64,000 nucleotides of DNA from an uncultured Gammaproteobacteria bacterium (GTDB lineage: Bacteria; Pseudomonadota; Gammaproteobacteria; Steroidobacterales; MnTg04), in the NCBI GenBank assembly GCA_964568075.1, contig CAZMOM010000015.1, positions 7,385 through 71,384 of the forward strand. Direction: 5' to 3'. Positions 62,614-64,000 of this stretch are shown piece after piece; positions within the stretch are counted from its first letter, which is position 1; every line of letters begins with the position of its first letter. A program made the translations under genes and the position numbers. The notes under the pieces were generated by a model, which worked only from the letters and a program-made list of their open reading frames with translations, was not told the origin of the DNA and made no database searches.

Positions 62614-64000
62614 ATCCGGGCCTCGCCGGCATCAGGTTCATCGATCATCTCGATCGCATGGCAGGGACACTGTTCATAACAAACGGCGCACCCCGTGCAC
62701 AGATCGAAGTCGAAGCGATAGCGCTTGCCGGGGCCGAGCTTGATGATCGCGCTTTCGGGACACGCGCCATAACAGCCATCACACTCGAAACAATTGCCGC
62801 AGGACAGGCAACGCTTCGCCTCGAACAGGGCATCTGCCGCCGACAGATTCTGCATGATCTCATCGAAACCACTTTGACGATCCGCTACCGGCAATCGTTC
62901 CTGCTCTACCTGCGGCGCCGACGTGCGATACCAAAGCTGCAGCTTCTCGTGCCCGATCAACGTGTGCCGGGGTGAGCGGCGGTAAGTCGTGCCATTGAGA
63001 TAAGCGTCAATATGGCGTGCCGCCTGTTTGCCATGACCGACGGCGATCGTCACGGAGCGCTCGCTCGGGACCATGTCGCCACCGGCAAAAATGCCTGCAT
63101 GACCGGTCATCATGTTGTCGTCGACAATCACGCTGTGGTCGGGCTTGAACTCGATGTCCGGTACTGCTTCCAGGAAAGCCGTGTCAGTATCCTGTCCGAC
63201 GGCCAGAATCAGTGAATCAGCCTCCAGGGATTCAAATTTTCCGGTCGGTTGCGGACGGCCGCTCTCGTCGAGTTCCATCACCTCAACCTTGAAGGTCGAC
63301 CGGTCGATCTCCTTGATTGTGCGCAACCAGTTGATCTTGATGCCTTCTTCCAGCGCTTCGTCCGCTTCGAAGTCATGGGCCGGCATGCTGGTGCGATCGC
63401 GCCGGTAAATTATCATCGCCTCATCGGCGCCGAGCCTTTTGGCGGTTCGGGCCGCGTCCATGGCCGTGTTGCCACCACCGTAAATTGCGACTCGACGGCC
63501 GATCTTCGGCGGGTCCCCCTCGCTGGTACTGCTGAGAAAACTGACGGCATCGAGAATCTTGCCGGCATCCCGCGTCGGGATATCGATCTTCTTGCTGATA
63601 TGCGCGCCGACCGCAACGAAGACCGCATCGAATCCGCCCGCCTCCTGTTCGGCGAGAACATCCTCGACGCGATGGTTCAGCGTGATCTTTACGCCCGCAT
63701 CCTCGATGCGCTCAATTTCAGCAAGCAATTCATCGCGCGGCATCCGGTAAGCCGGGATGCCAAAATGGATCATGCCACCCGGTACCGGCCCGGCCTCGCG
63801 AATCTCGACCGCATGTCCCATGCCGGTCAGGTGATAGGCGGCCGAGAGTCCGCTCGGCCCGGCGCCGACGATCAGGATCCTTTTGCCGCTACTGCTATCC
63901 GACTTCGAAAATCTCCAGCCTTTTTCCAACGCCAGGTCGCCGAGAAAGCGCTCTACTGCATGGATGCTGACCGCGCTGTCGGTGAACGCGCGATTGCAGA
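62610..64000 (-). CDS. GltD-like NAD(P)H oxidoreductase with C-terminal 2x[4Fe-4S] ferredoxin domain; 5' end beyond window
   Basis: GAGPSGLSAA and GGGNTAMD dinucleotide motifs. C-terminal CLSCGNCFECDGC..CP and CTGCAVCYEQCP. The frame stays open upstream of the TTG at 63929 to the window edge (..NRAFTDSAVSIHAVERFLGDLALEKGW.., typical GltD N-domain). 4-bp overlap with the PFOR start. Confidence 0.88.
   Translation of the reverse strand, partial: CNRAFTDSAVSIHAVERFLGDLALEKGWRFSKSDSSSGKRILIVGAGPSGLSAAYHLTGMGHAVEIREAGPVPGGMIHFGIPAYRMPRDELLAEIERIEDAGVKITLNHRVEDVLAEQEAGGFDAVFVAVGAHISKKIDIPTRDAGKILDAVSFLSSTSEGDPPKIGRRVAIYGGGNTAMDAARTAKRLGADEAMIIYRRDRTSMPAHDFEADEALEEGIKINWLRTIKEIDRSTFKVEVMELDESGRPQPTGKFESLEADSLILAVGQDTDTAFLEAVPDIEFKPDHSVIVDDNMMTGHAGIFAGGDMVPSERSVTIAVGHGKQAARHIDAYLNGTTYRRSPRHTLIGHEKLQLWYRTSAPQVEQERLPVADRQSGFDEIMQNLSAADALFEAKRCLSCGNCFECDGCYGACPESAIIKLGPGKRYRFDFDLCTGCAVCYEQCPCHAIEMIDEPDAGEARM

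Noticed and set aside
1-64000. CRISPR arrays, rRNA/tRNA genes, intact IS elements or prophage, toxin-antitoxin or known defence systems
   Set aside because: No regularly spaced direct repeats, structural RNA signatures, transposase or phage structural genes, or defence-type ATPase or nuclease genes were recognised anywhere in the window.

Overview
High-GC chromosomal window, densely coded on both strands, with about 45 protein genes. By eye I found no rRNA, tRNA, CRISPR array, intact IS or prophage. The gene content (three large TonB-dependent receptors, a paa operon, DUF3300 and DUF4826 genes) suggests an aquatic Gammaproteobacterium, but that is inference only.

Layout:
- 0-5.8 kb: c-type cytochrome fragment, a lipoprotein, and a FecI/FecR/STN-TonB cell-surface-signalling trio.
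- 5.9-9.8 kb: MAPEG protein, then a fused E1 alpha-beta plus E2 2-oxoacid dehydrogenase.
- 9.8-21.5 kb: phenylacetate catabolic cluster (paaZ; paaG-I-A-B-C-D-E, a fadB-like gene, paaJ; an extra crotonase).
- 21.6-24.9 kb: gdhA and a DUF3300 protein.
- 25.0-28.8 kb: an unusual secreted redox locus (NHL propeller, repeat-containing multihaem cytochrome, Cys-ladder miniprotein).
- 29.0-31.7 kb: acyltransferase-MFS pair and a TerB-like protein.
- 32.3-35.3 kb: TonB-dependent receptor.
- 35.4-43.4 kb: DUF4826, then a tailoring-enzyme block (SAM methyltransferase, two tandem TPR-sulfotransferase paralogues, long class-V PLP enzyme, GST-like protein).
- 43.6-48.2 kb: a second large TonB-dependent receptor and an M14 peptidase.
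- 48.4-56.1 kb: a tightly coupled five-gene operon (integrase-arm::NfnA-like chimera, NfnB/GltD-like, KorA, KorB, and a 751-aa ferredoxin-tailed protein that looks like a cofactor-dead copy of the PFOR TPP domain).
- 56.6-64.0 kb: YceI, a Sel1-prolyl-hydroxylase, and PFOR coupled to a GltD-like/ferredoxin gene that runs off the right edge.

Best candidates for undescribed biology are the 751-aa PFOR-like adaptor and its chimeric operon, the cytochrome/NHL/Cys-ladder locus, and the sulfotransferase block. All family assignments come from motif recognition by eye; no searches were run.
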